Assembly: GCA_051362555.1 (NCBI GenBank)
Contig: CM120646.1
Span: 4,650,001-4,714,000, forward strand
Length of the DNA: 64,000 nt
Source of the DNA: Lingula anatina
Lineage: Eukaryota > Animalia > Brachiopoda
Reading direction: 5' to 3'
This document shows positions 12,901 through 25,469 of this stretch, piece by piece (within the stretch, counting starts at the first letter, position 1; every line of letters starts with the position of its first letter). The notes under the pieces are model-generated. The model did no database searches, was not told where the DNA came from, and worked only from the letters and a program-made list of their open reading frames with translations. Both the position numbers and the translations under genes were made by a program.

Positions 12901-14556
12901 TAAGCATCACATGTCACATTGTCATGTTCACCTTGTCTCTGTTGCCAAGGTAAACCAGTTTATTTCTCTGTTGCCAAGGTAAATCAGTTTATTTCTCTTT
13001 TGCCTAGGTAAACCAGTCTATCTGACCACCAGTAAGCAAGGATTTTCTGGCAAGCCAGCTGCCATGACAAGACTCACAACCACATCTGGTATGTTGCAGT
13101 TACTTAAAGAAATACATACTTAATATGACTTTGTATTATATTTGAACTGTTGAAATCTGTAAATGAGAGTTAAAGGCCATCACCCTTGTTTTTGATCACT
13201 CTGCAGCCCCTGTCTTTTGCCAAAAGGAGCTGAAATAATGTAGCCTGTAGAATTTTATGTGATGAGTAGCATTTCAACTAGTAAACCCCATAATGTTGTC
13301 CTGCAATAGACTTGCTTTGAAAAATGTATTTCTTGTTTAATTAACTTTCCCCTAGGCTCCAGTATCCTCCAGACCCAGAGGAACCAGCCTGTGACCCCTG
13401 GGAGCCCCAGGACAGGGTCTCCTAAGGTGGTGATGTCCCCAGTGCAGGCGGGGCTGATACTGACACAGCTGGCACAGGGACAGGGAGGGAAACCAGGTGG
13501 AGTAAAGCAACAATGTGATTTAAAATAAATCAAAATTATTGTGAAGCCCACTAATAACATTGACACAGGTGTACAAAGGACAGAGGCAAAACTGAATTGA
13601 ATTCGTGTGGTTCTCCCAATGTTCACTGAAAAAAGAAAAATATGTAATCAGTATTTCAGTTTTAAACATACCTTTATTGTTCCCTTTGAACATTGAATAT
13701 ATGCACTATATTTTACTTTTTTTTACTCCAGCTGCCCAAATCAAACAAACAAGCAGCCAGTCAGGAGGCAATTCAACTCAATTCATTATGCAAACAGGTC
13801 AAGGCCAGACCAAGGTCATATCCCCTCATCAGATTGTATCTCAAGGTTGGTTTCATTCAGACTTGTTAAGTAGACATTGGTAGATCGTTGTATAAAAGGC
13901 AGAACTGACACTGACTTTTGGTAATTAAGCCAGACCTTTTGATAAATCTATTAAAGTATTAACAGTATTATATGTCTGAATTGTATGAACTTAGGTGGAA
14001 AGCCCCAGAACATCCAGGTCCTTAGAACGGTGCTAACTCAGGCTGGAGGAAAACCTGGGCAGACGACGTTTGTCATCACTCAAGCTGGACTGCAACAGTC
14101 ACAAGGTGGCAGCACTAGCCAGGAAGGGACCCAGGAAGAAGCAAGGGGAGTGACCAAAACAACAGCAGCCAGTGTTAAAGTTTCAAAACCAGGTACTGAC
14201 TAAAGTTGCTTCTTTAATATGATATCACCACTTTTAGTCTTGTAACTTTTAACATTGAAAAAGAACATTTTCCTTTTTGCGATGACTTCACACTTATCAC
14301 TCTGATTTTTGATAAACCATTAACTATTGTTAATTTATATCATGATATTTTTTTATTGACTTCAACAACAAATGATTCACCCATCCTTCATGTTTTAGGT
14401 AGTGCTCCAGTTTATGCAAGAATAATAACTCCTCCCCCAGGTGTGAGATTGACAGCTGTCACTCAGAGTCAGGCCACACCTACCCAGGCTACAAGTGTCA
14501 TTCAGACTTCAGGAAAAATACAGACCTCTACACCTCCAGTCACAAAAACCAGTTAA
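907..14556 (+). CDS. NFRKB: Nuclear factor related to kappa-B-binding protein (INO80 complex subunit G), 30 coding exons, ~1411 aa
   Basis: GT-AG exons join in one frame (4236 nt including stop): 907-1152, 1558-1731, 2275-2349, 2573-2628, 3055-3122, 3372-3499, 3841-3959, 4359-4534, 4786-4877, 5106-5220, 5696-5906, 6214-6313, 6626-6752, 7037-7223, 7665-7725, 7960-8134, 8389-8495, 8982-9105, 9661-9734, 10058-10243, 10652-10996, 11355-11486, 11896-11983, 12223-12447, 12628-12780, 13008-13088, 13356-13496, 13732-13845, 13995-14192, 14399-14556. Diagnostic NFRKB segments: DEUBAD (LFHRENFKFGNP..GLFSPDIAKYR), winged helix (LEQQVLEWQNSPSSKLNVW), and the C-terminal conserved block PHKAFTYKLHGYESTVGPVKGVYNKE..RDSAARLPNGEGTRADICELLKDSQF..VNTVVSGALDRLHYEKDPCVKYDVNRKLWIYLHRSRSEEEF. 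Confidence 0.96.
4030..4397 (+). repeat. Three diverged ~120-135 bp tandem units, each containing the exon-8 acceptor and exon start
   Basis: ttAG|CATACTGAAGTCAGTACAAGAG at 4105 and 4239, and gtAG|CATCCTGAAGTCAGTACAAGAA at 4358 (the used site). Upstream ttccaggatgggtaaaa is also repeated. Confidence 0.85.
12936..13022 (+). repeat. 3 x 29 bp tandem repeat spanning the exon-26 acceptor
   Basis: tctctgttgccaaggtaaaccagtttatt / tctctgttgccaaggtaaatcagtttatt / tctcttttgcctaggtaaaccagtctatc. Confidence 0.9.
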
Positions 14557-16338
14557 CTTTTATAATAACATGGAATTTATGGCATAAAGCAATGGTTTGA
14601 TATGGAGGTCATAATAAGTGTAATATCTGTATATAGAATCAAGACTTTTTACGATGTGGTACAGAATATTGGTACCGCATTGTGGATTTAATAACATATA
14701 CTTATATTTAGATATATGTGTGTATAAATGGGATATTAAAAATTTGGTACCAGATTTGTAAAAGGTTGTACGATAAATTGGTGTCAATGAGCATGTTAGA
14801 TATAAGTAATTTGTTTATGTTACACATTGCATTGTGCAGATTTGGCATGTTGTGTGTTGATGCTACTTGTGAATATAAATAACACATGTTGGATATGTGT
14901 ATTTTTGTGCTTTTTTATTCATGGTTATGTAAATTGTCTAACATATATTCTTTATGAATTACAGTAGTTGAGATGTAATCATGGAAAGTAATGGTAGTAG
15001 TGTCCTAGCTGTTGTCTTTGTGTAATCTTGTTATATGCTTCAGGATAACATGTACATGTTTCTCTGTGCATTTTATATGTCACTTTGTATGAATAACATT
15101 AAATAGGTAAAAAAAAACCTTCAACACTGCCTGCACTTCTGATTTAGGTGTACAGAAAAGTTTTGAAGTCAGTGTACATGGTACTTTTCTGCATCTGCTT
15201 TCCAAATTTTGATGATTTGTTGAATCAAAGTGTCTGAATCAAGAATGCCTTTTAACATTGCTCGAAAATTATGACCGAATGTGCCAATATGAGAAGCAGC
15301 ACTTCCCTGCAAAGAAAATTGGAGATGAAGAGGACGTGACATTTTTAATCAGTAGGTGAAATAAAAAGGGATAATAATTCTTCGTATGAGATCTATATTT
15401 CACAGTAAAAACATTGTGAACAACTCATAGAAATATAATGAACTCTGTTTTACCACAAAAACGGCGGTTATAGCTATTATTCTGTCTGAGCTTGTCTTTA
15501 GACCACGTGACCTCCATTGACGGCTATACTTAAGAGATTATAACAAAAAAAAAAAAAAAAAAAAAAAACGGGGACTAACTTTGAATGTTAAAAATGGATT
15601 CATTAACCATTGGTATGGGAAAATTGTTGTTTACTCCAGGAGAATTCATTTTTTGGGCAGAACGAAGAGTTATTATCCCTTTAATAGTTATCATACTTTT
15701 AATTTGCATTTTAACAATTTTTTCGGATATCTAACTCAGCACTTATTTTAAAAGTGTTTAGATACAGGAAATATTTATTAAGGCAAGGTTATTTAGTTTG
15801 AATGCAGATATCGGGTTCCTCTGTCGCTTAGCACACATGCCATTCGGGAAAACGATTCCATTTCCGGCACAACTTCTAGGTTACAAACCACTATTAAAAA
15901 TCCCATTCACTTCCATTGTAACGTTTAATTCTCTTATATATACTTTCCATGCTTCAACAAACACAACACTTCAGATTTAAATACTTCTACTTAAGGCCTA
16001 AACAATATAAAAAAATCAGGGTACATTAATGGGATAGTCTGCCAGTGACATGACATGACCCGTAAGGTGCTGCCGCCAGTCGGCCAAAATAAGCACTAAA
16101 ATGCAGCAGGGGGGAGGGCATGTAAAACTGGCCCCAGGCAGTAAAATTTCACCCTGATATGAAAAATAACACATCAAATTAAAGGTAAATGAACAAATTT
16201 ATTTCTTAAATTTATTTTAAATTTTTCAAATGATCCAAAATTGAAAAATAATTTCATTTTTCTCTTATATGCAAATCTTCTTGCTTCAAACTTAGTAGGC
16301 CTAAACAAGGAAGGTCGGAAGTGCCGTGTAACCTAAAT

Positions 16339-19300
16339 TCAGTTCACCTGGAAGCAGTACTGCATCCCATCCAGAGTGTTAAAGACTTGCTCCACCAAGC
16401 GTCTGGTCACCGTGGCCCAGCGTCCGGCCATGATGTGACTGTCAATTATTTCGTCCCAGCTTTTCCCACCGTACTCGGTTCCATGAAGGTATGCAAAAAG
16501 TACGTCCATGACGACAAAACCCCCTGAAATGTAGGATACAAATTTGAACAAGGGGCCATAGTTGTAGTATTTGGGCAAGGTCTTTGGTCAAAATTAAATC
16601 GTGAATCAATTATCTGGCAAGTAAAGTGGGGATATGGAACTACTATTGAAAATTGATGAATGCATTACATGAAAAAACTAGATTTTAGACCAGTCGGACA
16701 GTACCCACATCGTACGCATAACAAGCAATTTGCACAGAATCTACAACTTGAATTACCAGTAGGCACCAGTGTTGTGAATCCATTACCACACGTGAAAAAC
16801 CTGGGTGTCTACTTTGACACCACTCACTCCATGGATTGAAAAATATCAAACATCACACAATCACGTATTTTTAACATTAGAAACATCGGTGCTGTTTGAA
16901 AGTAGGCCCTACCTGGATCAATCTTCTGCGGCAACAGTGATTCATGCGATGATCACCTCTCGTTTATACCACTGCATCTCTTTACTCTATGGCTGTACCG
17001 ACGAACGAATACATTCGGAATTTTTCAGGCTGTCTTTTAACCAGCCAGCGAGACTCATATCACACCCATTTTAATGCAGTTGCACTGGCTCCCTGTTAAA
17101 GCACTCATTTTATTCAAAATTATATCTTTTATGCATGCAATTTTTTTTCCAGTCAGCACCCCCGTACCTACAAAAAATAGTTCACCATTTTGCTCCAGTG
17201 ATTTTGTGATCAGCTGTTACAAATCATGTGTTTTTCCTGTCTCGTGATTGGTATGAATTAATCAGGTTCAATATATGGTGATTAATTTTAATTAAAAGCC
17301 TTTTAAAGGTAGTCACCAGATCCAGTATGACACATGACAAAAAAGTTCAGTGGTGCCACGTCTGACGCTGGAAGAGCGACTGGGCCCTGGGGATGTTGGA
17401 GGCTGGACGGAACCAAAGAGATTTTATCACGTGACCTTGCATTTAAATGATCTTTTCTGACCTTTATTTCACCTTGTGTGACAGAATAATGGGTCATTAT
17501 TTTCTGTTATTTTCTGAATGTGCCAAAGGAACTTTAAATATATTTGATAAATGAATGATGCGTTTTCATTGACTGTCAGTATACACTTTGGCATTCTGAA
17601 GCCAAAGTGCCATGACCTTTTAATTAAGTCATAGCCTTGACCTCTGGTGACTTTGAAAAATAGTCGCAAATGATTGGGTGTATGTCTCTTAGTGAGATAG
17701 TTAACTTAAAGATACATACGAACCAAGCGTCGGTGGAGCGCGGATTCCCAGTAACACATGTAAACCACTTCTACTAGTTTCTTCTACGACTCTAATAAAT
17801 TCGACATGCCAAGGGATAAACTGAATAAACCACCCGATCAACCATAAAAGAGATTTAGAGTGCTCCTTTCTTTAATTTTTTGGTTGTCAATTTAACCTAC
17901 TTTCGTGACCTACTTTTCTGCCCCATTGACATACAGCATAGAATGCTAGCAGAAAAATCTGTTCAAACATCACTTTCGGGTAAAATTAAACAATGCCTTT
18001 TGGTAATTCTCTTAGTTATACTACTTGAAACTATATGCTGGCATTTGGTTTGTTTTTATGACAAAAAATTGACTTTGTATGTATCTTTCAACATGTTACG
18101 ATGGGTAAACAAGATATGGCCTATAGGATAAACCACCCAATTCAGCGGCGGTCGATCTTGAACTTAAAACAAAAACGAAACGCTGCCCAAGCGGGTTTAT
18201 GGGGGAAAGTTTGGGTGCTTATTGAATTTTCAATCGACCTGTATTAGTTGAAAACCCTTTGTCGCCAATTTTTCTAACCTCAGTGGGAAAGTACGTTCAT
18301 TTACTGCCTGAACCTTTAGCATGAAGTCTTAAGATTGAGAAAGGAATCATTTGTTTAAAATTTATGAGCACTACTTTTGTCTTACCTGGTTTAACAATTC
18401 GTATCAGTTCTGCCAACCCACCTCCGTGCACGTGACCGCATCCTACAGCTCCAGACATAATGACCGCGTCATATGTGTCTGAGATAGAAAAATGAAAAAA
18501 TAAAAATAAAAGAGATTTGTAATCACTGGTCCAGTCCAAATCCAATTTCATAATATAATGTCTCAGTCCAAAACTTAAAATATAAGATAATAAGGCTATC
18601 ACTTATATTATGCATACATTTTTTATGTTTGTCAGTGCCATAGTTGTATGCACGTGTAACAGGGGCAGAGTTGAAACGGCCAGTGACTCGACAAAAGATA
18701 AACGTGTTTTCCTAGCTGTGTGAGGCCCTGTAGATCTCTAATTGCAGTATGTACTAAAAAGTCCACTCGTGAATCTAAGCATAAGTGTCCCTTTTTTGCA
18801 TGTTTATCGCGTCTTGCGACGCTAAATCCCTTTTAAAGTCAAACTGGTGCTTTCTGAAAGGGACGCGGTGCAAACGGCAACTTATGCTGCATGGGGTCAT
18901 CTGGGCATTTTCTAAATCTCTTGTTGTCCTTTAAGTTCGTGCATCAATTAAAAGGTCTATGGAAGACAAAGATAACCTCATGAATTTAAAACACAGCATG
19001 CCACAAGTAACGTACCGTGTATCTGCCTCGTAGCACGTAAAACTGTGACCCTTTTGTATTGCCAAGGCTGTAAATCCACTGTGCTTCATTTCTCCACTTG
19101 CTTATTTTACTTGCTTATTTTTCTGTCGGGTGGGGGGTGGGGGGATGAATATGTCTAAAACAACGGATGGAGCAACCAACGGTAGGTAGTTTTATATACA
19201 GCGCAGAGGGTTGGAGAATGGCCAGTCTTTGTCTCGTCTCGTTTTGTTGGTAGTGTATACTACGCCAAAGATGCACTTTTACTTTAGATGTAAAAAAATT

Positions 19301-19841
19301 GAATAATCAGTTAGTTAAGACGTGCACTCACTTCTAAGCCCGCCAAACCAGTTCCGCAGGCTGCGTCCAAAATTAATGCATCCTTTTTGTCTTTAAGCAG
19401 TATGTCGAGCTCGGAAGCGTTAATGCGGGGTGAGCAGCATACAAGATTTGCCATATCCTGAAATATAAAAATTAATGTACTATGAAACTAGAACCTTACA
19501 GTTTCAATTCCAATGACTAACACATCCCTCTTACTTCAGCTGATATCCTATTTTCTTTGACTTCATTCGCTTTGTATGCCTCTTTAACTGCACGTACTGT
19601 TGTAATTCATACTAGCAGTAACCCTAGTTCATCTGAAATTATCTTATCTCTCTTTTTTTTGTGTAAATTATCTGTTTCAAAATAAATATTTTGTGGCTTA
19701 TTGTTACATCAGATTAAAAAACCATACCTTTTCGAAATCCTTTGCCCACGTCCCATACAATTTCTCTACCTTCTCATTTGTGATATCACGTTTCTTAAAC
19801 TGATCCATTATTGGATGACTTTGCTCCACACGTTTAGCCAT
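16339..19841 (-). pseudogene. METTL27: METTL27-like methyltransferase copy 1; exon 3 apparently missing
   Basis: E1 19841-19728 (MAKRVEQSHPIMDQFKKRDITNEKVEKLYGTWAKDFEK), E2 19457-19332 (..ALILDAACGTGLAGLE), E4 18478-18386 (TYDAVIMSGAVGCGHVHGGGLAELIRIVKPG), E5 16523-16339. No KRGFHNLH exon-3 match found in 18479-19331. Joining E2 (phase 0) to E4 (phase 1) frameshifts. Confidence 0.8.
16740..17200 (+). mobile_element. Degenerate L2/CR1-group LINE RT C-terminal fragment in copy-1 intron 4
   Basis: Frameshifted pieces VKNLGVYFD, RPYLDQSSAATVIHAMITSRLYHCISLLYG and HITPILMQLHWLPVK parallel the intact LINE ORF at 26264. Confidence 0.8.
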
Positions 19842-20556
19842 TCTTCCTACGCTGAACAATCGTGGACTTACTGTTAGATATTAATTCATTGCTACGAAAT
19901 ACGGCACAGGCAGACCTTTAAATTAAACTGTTGTCCTAGTAAAAATGTATGGCGGTAGTGTGCCTATTTGGAAAGAACCCACAGTGATAAATTTTAGCTG
20001 ATCAGAAAGCTAATTGTTTTGAGATGACACACGCAATACCTGTGTATTACATGTAGGTCAATTAATTGCTGTGGCTTTCTTAATGAGAAAGCATAGCGCA
20101 GGATTTCAAACGACGGCGCATGCGCGAAAAGTGCGCTGCTTGAAATAACAAATTGATGAAATTGACAAAGCCTGCCGATATTATTGTGAGACTGAACACT
20201 ATACTCTCCAATGTGTCAGTAATTGTGTCAGTCCAAGCTTCGCTTATTGAATTGTTTTTCGACATTTTATTGGTGTCAAACACTTCAAATATCAGTATTT
20301 GTAATTATGATATCCCTATATATAAAAACAACCTCTTGATTAGCGACATGGTGAAAAAAAATTACATTTTGTGTAATTGTGTTATGACGTCTTCACTTTA
20401 TGCGGCAATCGAATTTTAGTAGAGTTTGAGGTTATAATTGCGTTGCGTTTGCTAAGGCTTTGCTAAGGCAGGTGGGTGTAATCGCACTCGCAAATAGCGC
20501 GGAATCGCCATGCTCGAGCCCGCTCGCAACATAGCGAAGCTTTCGAGATTCGTGCC

Positions 20557-21104
20557 CGGGGCTAGTTGGCCCAGTTAGACACTTTTAGCCATGTAGAGCC
20601 AACTAGGAATAAGTTAAGAGTAACAAAACTGGTTTCAAAGTAAGCCCCATGAACTAAGCTACGTATGCAACGTCATTATTTTTTTTTAATACAATCGCAG
20701 ATGGCTCACCATTTGACAGAAAACGCAGTGACGTCAGGGAGGGCCAATTTGCCCCGGGTGCACATTTTTTATTTTAAAGGATGGCAGCCATTTATGTTGC
20801 TAGAATGAGCAACGATGATACATCTCTGTGAATCTTGAAACAATGAGCTTCAGTTTTATGCCCTATACATATATTATATTCTATCAAAAGCCTATCAAAA
20901 TAGATTTTTAAAAATTTCTTTTAGGTGCAAAAATCGTTTATTTCGACTCACCGCTTAAGTAAAACTTTTTACACTTCCTTAGCATTGCAGGCTACGGTAA
21001 ATTTACAAGAGTATGTGGCCAATTTTTTTTTACTTCGAAGTTACTTTTTCATAAATTGACGGAGGGCCAACTTACCCCGGGGTCCAACTATCCCTGGTCT
21101 CCCC
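20557..21104 (-). mobile_element. Internally deleted copy of the Tc1/mariner-type MITE also found at 37618-38721
   Basis: Ends cggggctagttggcccagttagacac.. and ..ccaactatccctggtctcccc are reverse-complement matches to the ends of the 37618-38721 element. Confidence 0.75.
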
Positions 21105-21390
21105 TGTGGCCTCTTACAGTCTGCTAACGTCCAAATTTTGCGCAGAATCTCACGTGCCACGCAAGTCCTTCTGCGAAATTTGGAGTTCGAAAACAGCCCG
21201 TAAGCACGCAGGAAGGATATGGATCATGTCTAAAAGGTTCTACGAATAATCTGAGAACAGCGTGGCTACAAGCGTAACTTGCGACTCTCGCAAGGAGTTC
21301 GCAAGTGAGACGTGAGTGGTCCAAGACGCACGTCGCAAGTAACGAAGAAGCAAGTGCCCTTTGCGTGTTGAGCACGGCACACGCCCATAC
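21105..21390 (+). repeat. Interspersed repeat fragment; second copy inverted at ~56125-56418
   Basis: cgtccaaattttgcgcagaatctcacg..cagcccgtaagcacg..aagtgccctttgcgtgttgag matches the reverse complement of 56135-56390. Confidence 0.75.
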
Positions 21391-22227
21391 AGTTAAAGAA
21401 CAAAATGAAAAGCAAGGCAGGAGTGCGTTGCACGTGCATCACGGTTTGGTTTTTTACCCCGTGTAGCAAAACTGAGCTGAATGTATGCCAAGATAGATGT
21501 GCACTGATGTTCTAGCGCTGACGCGTGAATTGCTACTGTATCTAGATTCTGTCCAATTTTCTGAGGTCTGGCAATGCCTTATTGTAGAGAGACAGAGAGA
21601 GGAGACAGCGTAGGAGGAGGTTGGAAGCGACTGAGTACGGAGCGAGACGTAGTTAGGGGTTGGAGACTTCACTTAGAACATGTTGTTACCGAGCGTCGAC
21701 GAATAAATCGTTTAACTGGTCATTATGTGGACTTGGGTTTTCTTTGTGCGACCTTACGTAAATCTGACACGAACCGTGGAATCTTTGGATGGCGTTATCC
21801 ACTAAGTTAGACGAAAACGTTATGTCCTATTTCGAGCCCACGCATGAATCAAGCGTACAAAATTGTATAAGTTTAGGACATTCGTCATAGATATATGTAA
21901 AAGGTTCATTACATTATGTTATATCTAACATATAAGGTTATTGGATAATGCATTCTTTCTGTGAATTACGATTGACCAATTACGGCACTGATGTCCTATA
22001 AGAATATCCCATAGTTCTGAGCAAAAGTCTATTTCCTTGACTAGTGATAAAATATTAATAAAATAAGATGCAACATTTTGCCTGACTCAATAAACGTTTA
22101 TTCATTTAGAGTTTAAACATCTAACGTAATTACAGTAATTTCATTTCAGAAAATAAGTCAATCCTTCAGGTTCAACAGTCCGTGCCAGTCTCACGCAAAA
22201 CAAATCACGTTTCGGCAATGACCGCAT

Positions 22228-25138
22228 TTATTTTACTTTAAAAGTGTACTGCATTCCGTCCAAGGCGTTAAAGACTTGCTCCACCAAGCGTCTGGTCACC
22301 GTGACCCAGCGGCCGGCCATGATGTGACTGTCTATTATTTCGTCAAAACTCTTCCCGCCGTAGTCGCTATCATGGGTATACTTCAAAATGCTGTCCATTG
22401 CCACATAGCCTCCTTTAAGGCAAAAGATACGCTTAACTGAACATTTTGCAATGGGTGATGCTGGGGGGGGGGGGGGGGCGATCTGGTTGGTCGAAAAGCA
22501 GACTAATATCTACCCCAACCCTGCCCCCTGTCGATCGTTTCAATTACTGACAGGCGTTATGACACACTGCACGACCACCGTGTGAAATGCATGTAAGTCG
22601 TATGGACGTATATTTCCAGGTACTGCCTAATACAGACACCCTGAGCTTCAGAGATAACTTGCCACTAACCTCTTCACTATATAGCCTATCTTCATCGTGT
22701 CAAGTTACCTCTGACGAAAATAGTTTGACCTAGTTTATATAAGCCAATCGAATCCATGTTTCAAAATTTTTCACCAAAGTTGGGTGAAAACGCTGATTGG
22801 TTGACCGCCAATCGGCAATCCTCGGCTGATTCCGCAAGCTCCATACTAACAACAAAGTTATCGTCCAGTGCGGAGACATCCGAGTAGTTCCAAGTGCAAA
22901 ACCGTACACAAAGAAAGTATGGCGTCTCCCACGTAAAAAAATGTGTTAAGTTATCTCTTGATTCCGTGCAAAATATGAGTATATCGGAATTGAAACCAGA
23001 GCAGTTTGAGCCCCTGCATCATTATCTACTGAGGGATGATGTATTTTGCGTGCTGCCCACAGGTTACGGCAAGTCCCTGATATTCAGCCTTATCTTTGAT
23101 TGGTCCGGATTTGAACAAAGCGTGCTTTGACTCGTTCGCGTTCATTGGCTAGATCGTTCAATGAGTCATTGAGTGCGGGCTTTAAATTTGATTGGCGGGC
23201 GGCGGGGGCAATCGAATGTGGTCAGAGGTAACTTGACACGATGAAGATAGGCTATAGTGAAGAGGTTAGTGGCAAGTTATCTCTGAAGCTCAGGGTGAAT
23301 ACAGATGTATTCGTGAAATATTTATTGAAAGAGAAAGTAAAAACTTCCTTTCAGGAAGAAGGTTCCAAATGCCAAAGTTTGACCTACTTTTGAACGTTAC
23401 AGAAATGAAACAAAATATTGCACTATAATTATCGTACCCGGTTTAACAAGGCGTATCATTTCTGCCAATCCACCTCCATTCACGTGTCCACATCCTATAG
23501 CTCCTGACATAATGACCGCGTCGTATGTGTCTGGGGAAGAAATAAACTTATAACTCTTTGCAATCATTCAGACAGTTCATGTCATATGAAAGATAACATT
23601 GGCATCCCTCTTTCGTTCTGTAACCTTAATGGTGAAACTGGAACTAAAAGCCCTGTCACATGGGCGGAAATTATTTAATGAATAAAAAAGTAAATACTTA
23701 GTAGAATAAGTGAATAACAATTTCAATTTAGCTTAAAAGTCTTCTATTCTTAATCCTTATATAGTATAATTAAAGAACAATGAACATAATTCTCAAATGC
23801 CATCTTAATTTTGCCACAATGATCATCTGCATTGCATGGTATTGGTATGTGCTAATTAAACCGGAGGGCAACTTTTTTGAGAACAATGCTATCAGTTCAT
23901 TTGCAGCTTGACAAGCTAACACAGAAAGTTTTGTAACGTTACCATAACGTAACCATAACGTTTTTGGTTGTATAAACGTTATTGTAACGTTGTAATAACG
24001 TTCTTCGTTCCCTGGGCTGTTCCACCTGTGTAGTGGCTTGCAATACGTCTATAACTCGTACCTTATTGTCCACAAAGAACATTTCGCAAGGCCTACAATT
24101 TGTTAGAAATTATATCTGTTTGCCTTTAACTTTCTTCTATTAATTAGTACGTACCGTCGGCGATATCTACTCGTTCAGGCCCAATGAAAGCGTGAATCAG
24201 TTTCTTGTAGACACCCTTCTGTTTCGCCTGCTCCAGCATTTCCTTCGAGGCATCCAGAGCGTGGAGGTTGAGGAAACCACGCTTTGCGAGCTGAAAATGG
24301 AATTACTCGAATGCTGAATTCGAAAAGTGTCCGCTCTTTCAATGGGGAAAGGGGGGCAGGGTTTTGCTTAGTAGGTTAAGGGAACGCAAGGATAAAATGA
24401 TTGCACACACGCTTTAGGGAATACCATGTAAAGACCACTCGCCTCTTGTCCTACCAACCCAGTTCCACAGCAAACGTCCAGAATGAGGGCATCTTTCTTC
24501 TCTCCGAGTAATTTCTCCAGCTCGGCAGCATTATTACTGGGACAATAATATGCGAGGCCAACTACATCCTGGGAAGTAAAAATTTCTTTCATTAAAATTT
24601 AACTTATCATATCATATAACCCGTACTGAGCAAAATTGTAAACGTCTCATGAGAATTATAATTATTAATGCAACACGTAATGGGCTATGTAAGCTGGGTC
24701 ATCCATTTTTATATCATTTTTTCAAATCTACAAACCGTACCCTTGCGGGGCGGGGTGGGGATGTATGTCTGGAAAAAGTCAAGACTTTGTAGACTTGTGA
24801 AAATGATAATGGAAATGGATGACCCAGTGGTTGGGTGGCGTCATATTTTTAATGTTTTTTTATTCTTTAAATTGTTCATAGGATTATCTATTAAAATTTG
24901 CTTTCTTAGCAGTTTAAGAATTTGTGGTCAATTACCTAATGAGATGAAATTTTCTGAGTTAAAATAAAACAATTATGGTGTATGCATCACACGGAAATGC
25001 AAACTCCCAAACAAAGTAACAAACCTTTTCATAATCCTCAGCCCATGATGTGTAGATCTTTTCCACCTCGTCTCTGGCCATGCCACGTTTTTTGAACAGG
25101 TCCACAACTGGATGGCTTTTTTCCACTTTTTCAGTCAT
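22228..25138 (-). CDS. METTL27: METTL27-like SAM-dependent methyltransferase copy 2 (intact, 217 aa)
   Basis: E1 25138-25025, E2 24568-24443 (ALILDVCCGTGLVGQE, GC donor), E3 24290-24155 (LAKRGFLNLHALDASKEMLEQAKQKGVYKKL), E4 23530-23438, E5 22412-22228; 654 nt in frame. Matches the recalled METTL27 pattern YxxWAxDYD..ALILDVACGTGL..GF.NLHG.D.S..MLEQA...G.Y..TYDAV..G..GQ/HV..VKPGG. Confidence 0.9.
22637..23297. mobile_element. 661 bp non-autonomous TIR DNA transposon carrying a RecQ/SF2 helicase fragment (AcademH-like, inferred)
   Basis: TIRs 22637-22715 and 23221-23297 are identical except for a 2-nt indel. 8-bp TSD AATACAGA at 22629-22636 and 23298-23305. Internal ORF 22894-23130 includes ELKPEQ..DVFCVLPTGYGKSLIF. 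Confidence 0.88.
23910..24016. mobile_element. Small degenerate MITE with internal aacgtt subrepeats (EnSpm/CACTA-like)
   Basis: Clustered taacgtt/aacgtta units ending ..aacgttcttcgttccctggg. Confidence 0.4.
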
Positions 25139-25469
25139 TCTTTTAGGGAATTATTAATTTTAGACGTCTTAGGTACTTAGACGCTACTGTACAGCTGTCC
25201 TTGGGTCGTCTGCTGCGGAAGACCGTTTGGATCATAAAGTAGGATTCTAGTTGGAAGGCGTGGGTGTTAGGCAAAGGTGGGGAACGTTATCATTTCTTCT
25301 TGTTTTAGACAATTTTTATCCTTAAAATCGAGTCTATCATGTTCACAAATCTCCCTTGCCACTAAAATCACCGATATTTTATGTATTTTGTAATAAGAGT
25401 GACATAAAGGCTTAAAATTCATTAACCCCTGTACAACCCTCGGTCTCAATTATTGATAAAAACGGTGCT

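Noticed and set aside
15545-15568. A24 tract after the NFRKB 3' UTR, as a retrocopy tail
   Set aside because: No TSD or adjacent processed coding sequence; a simple homopolymer.
21124-21810. GC-richer overlapping ORFs near 21.1-21.8 kb, with similar ORFs at 56062-56409
   Set aside because: They lie in or beside an interspersed repeat present at both loci, with no recognisable protein domain.
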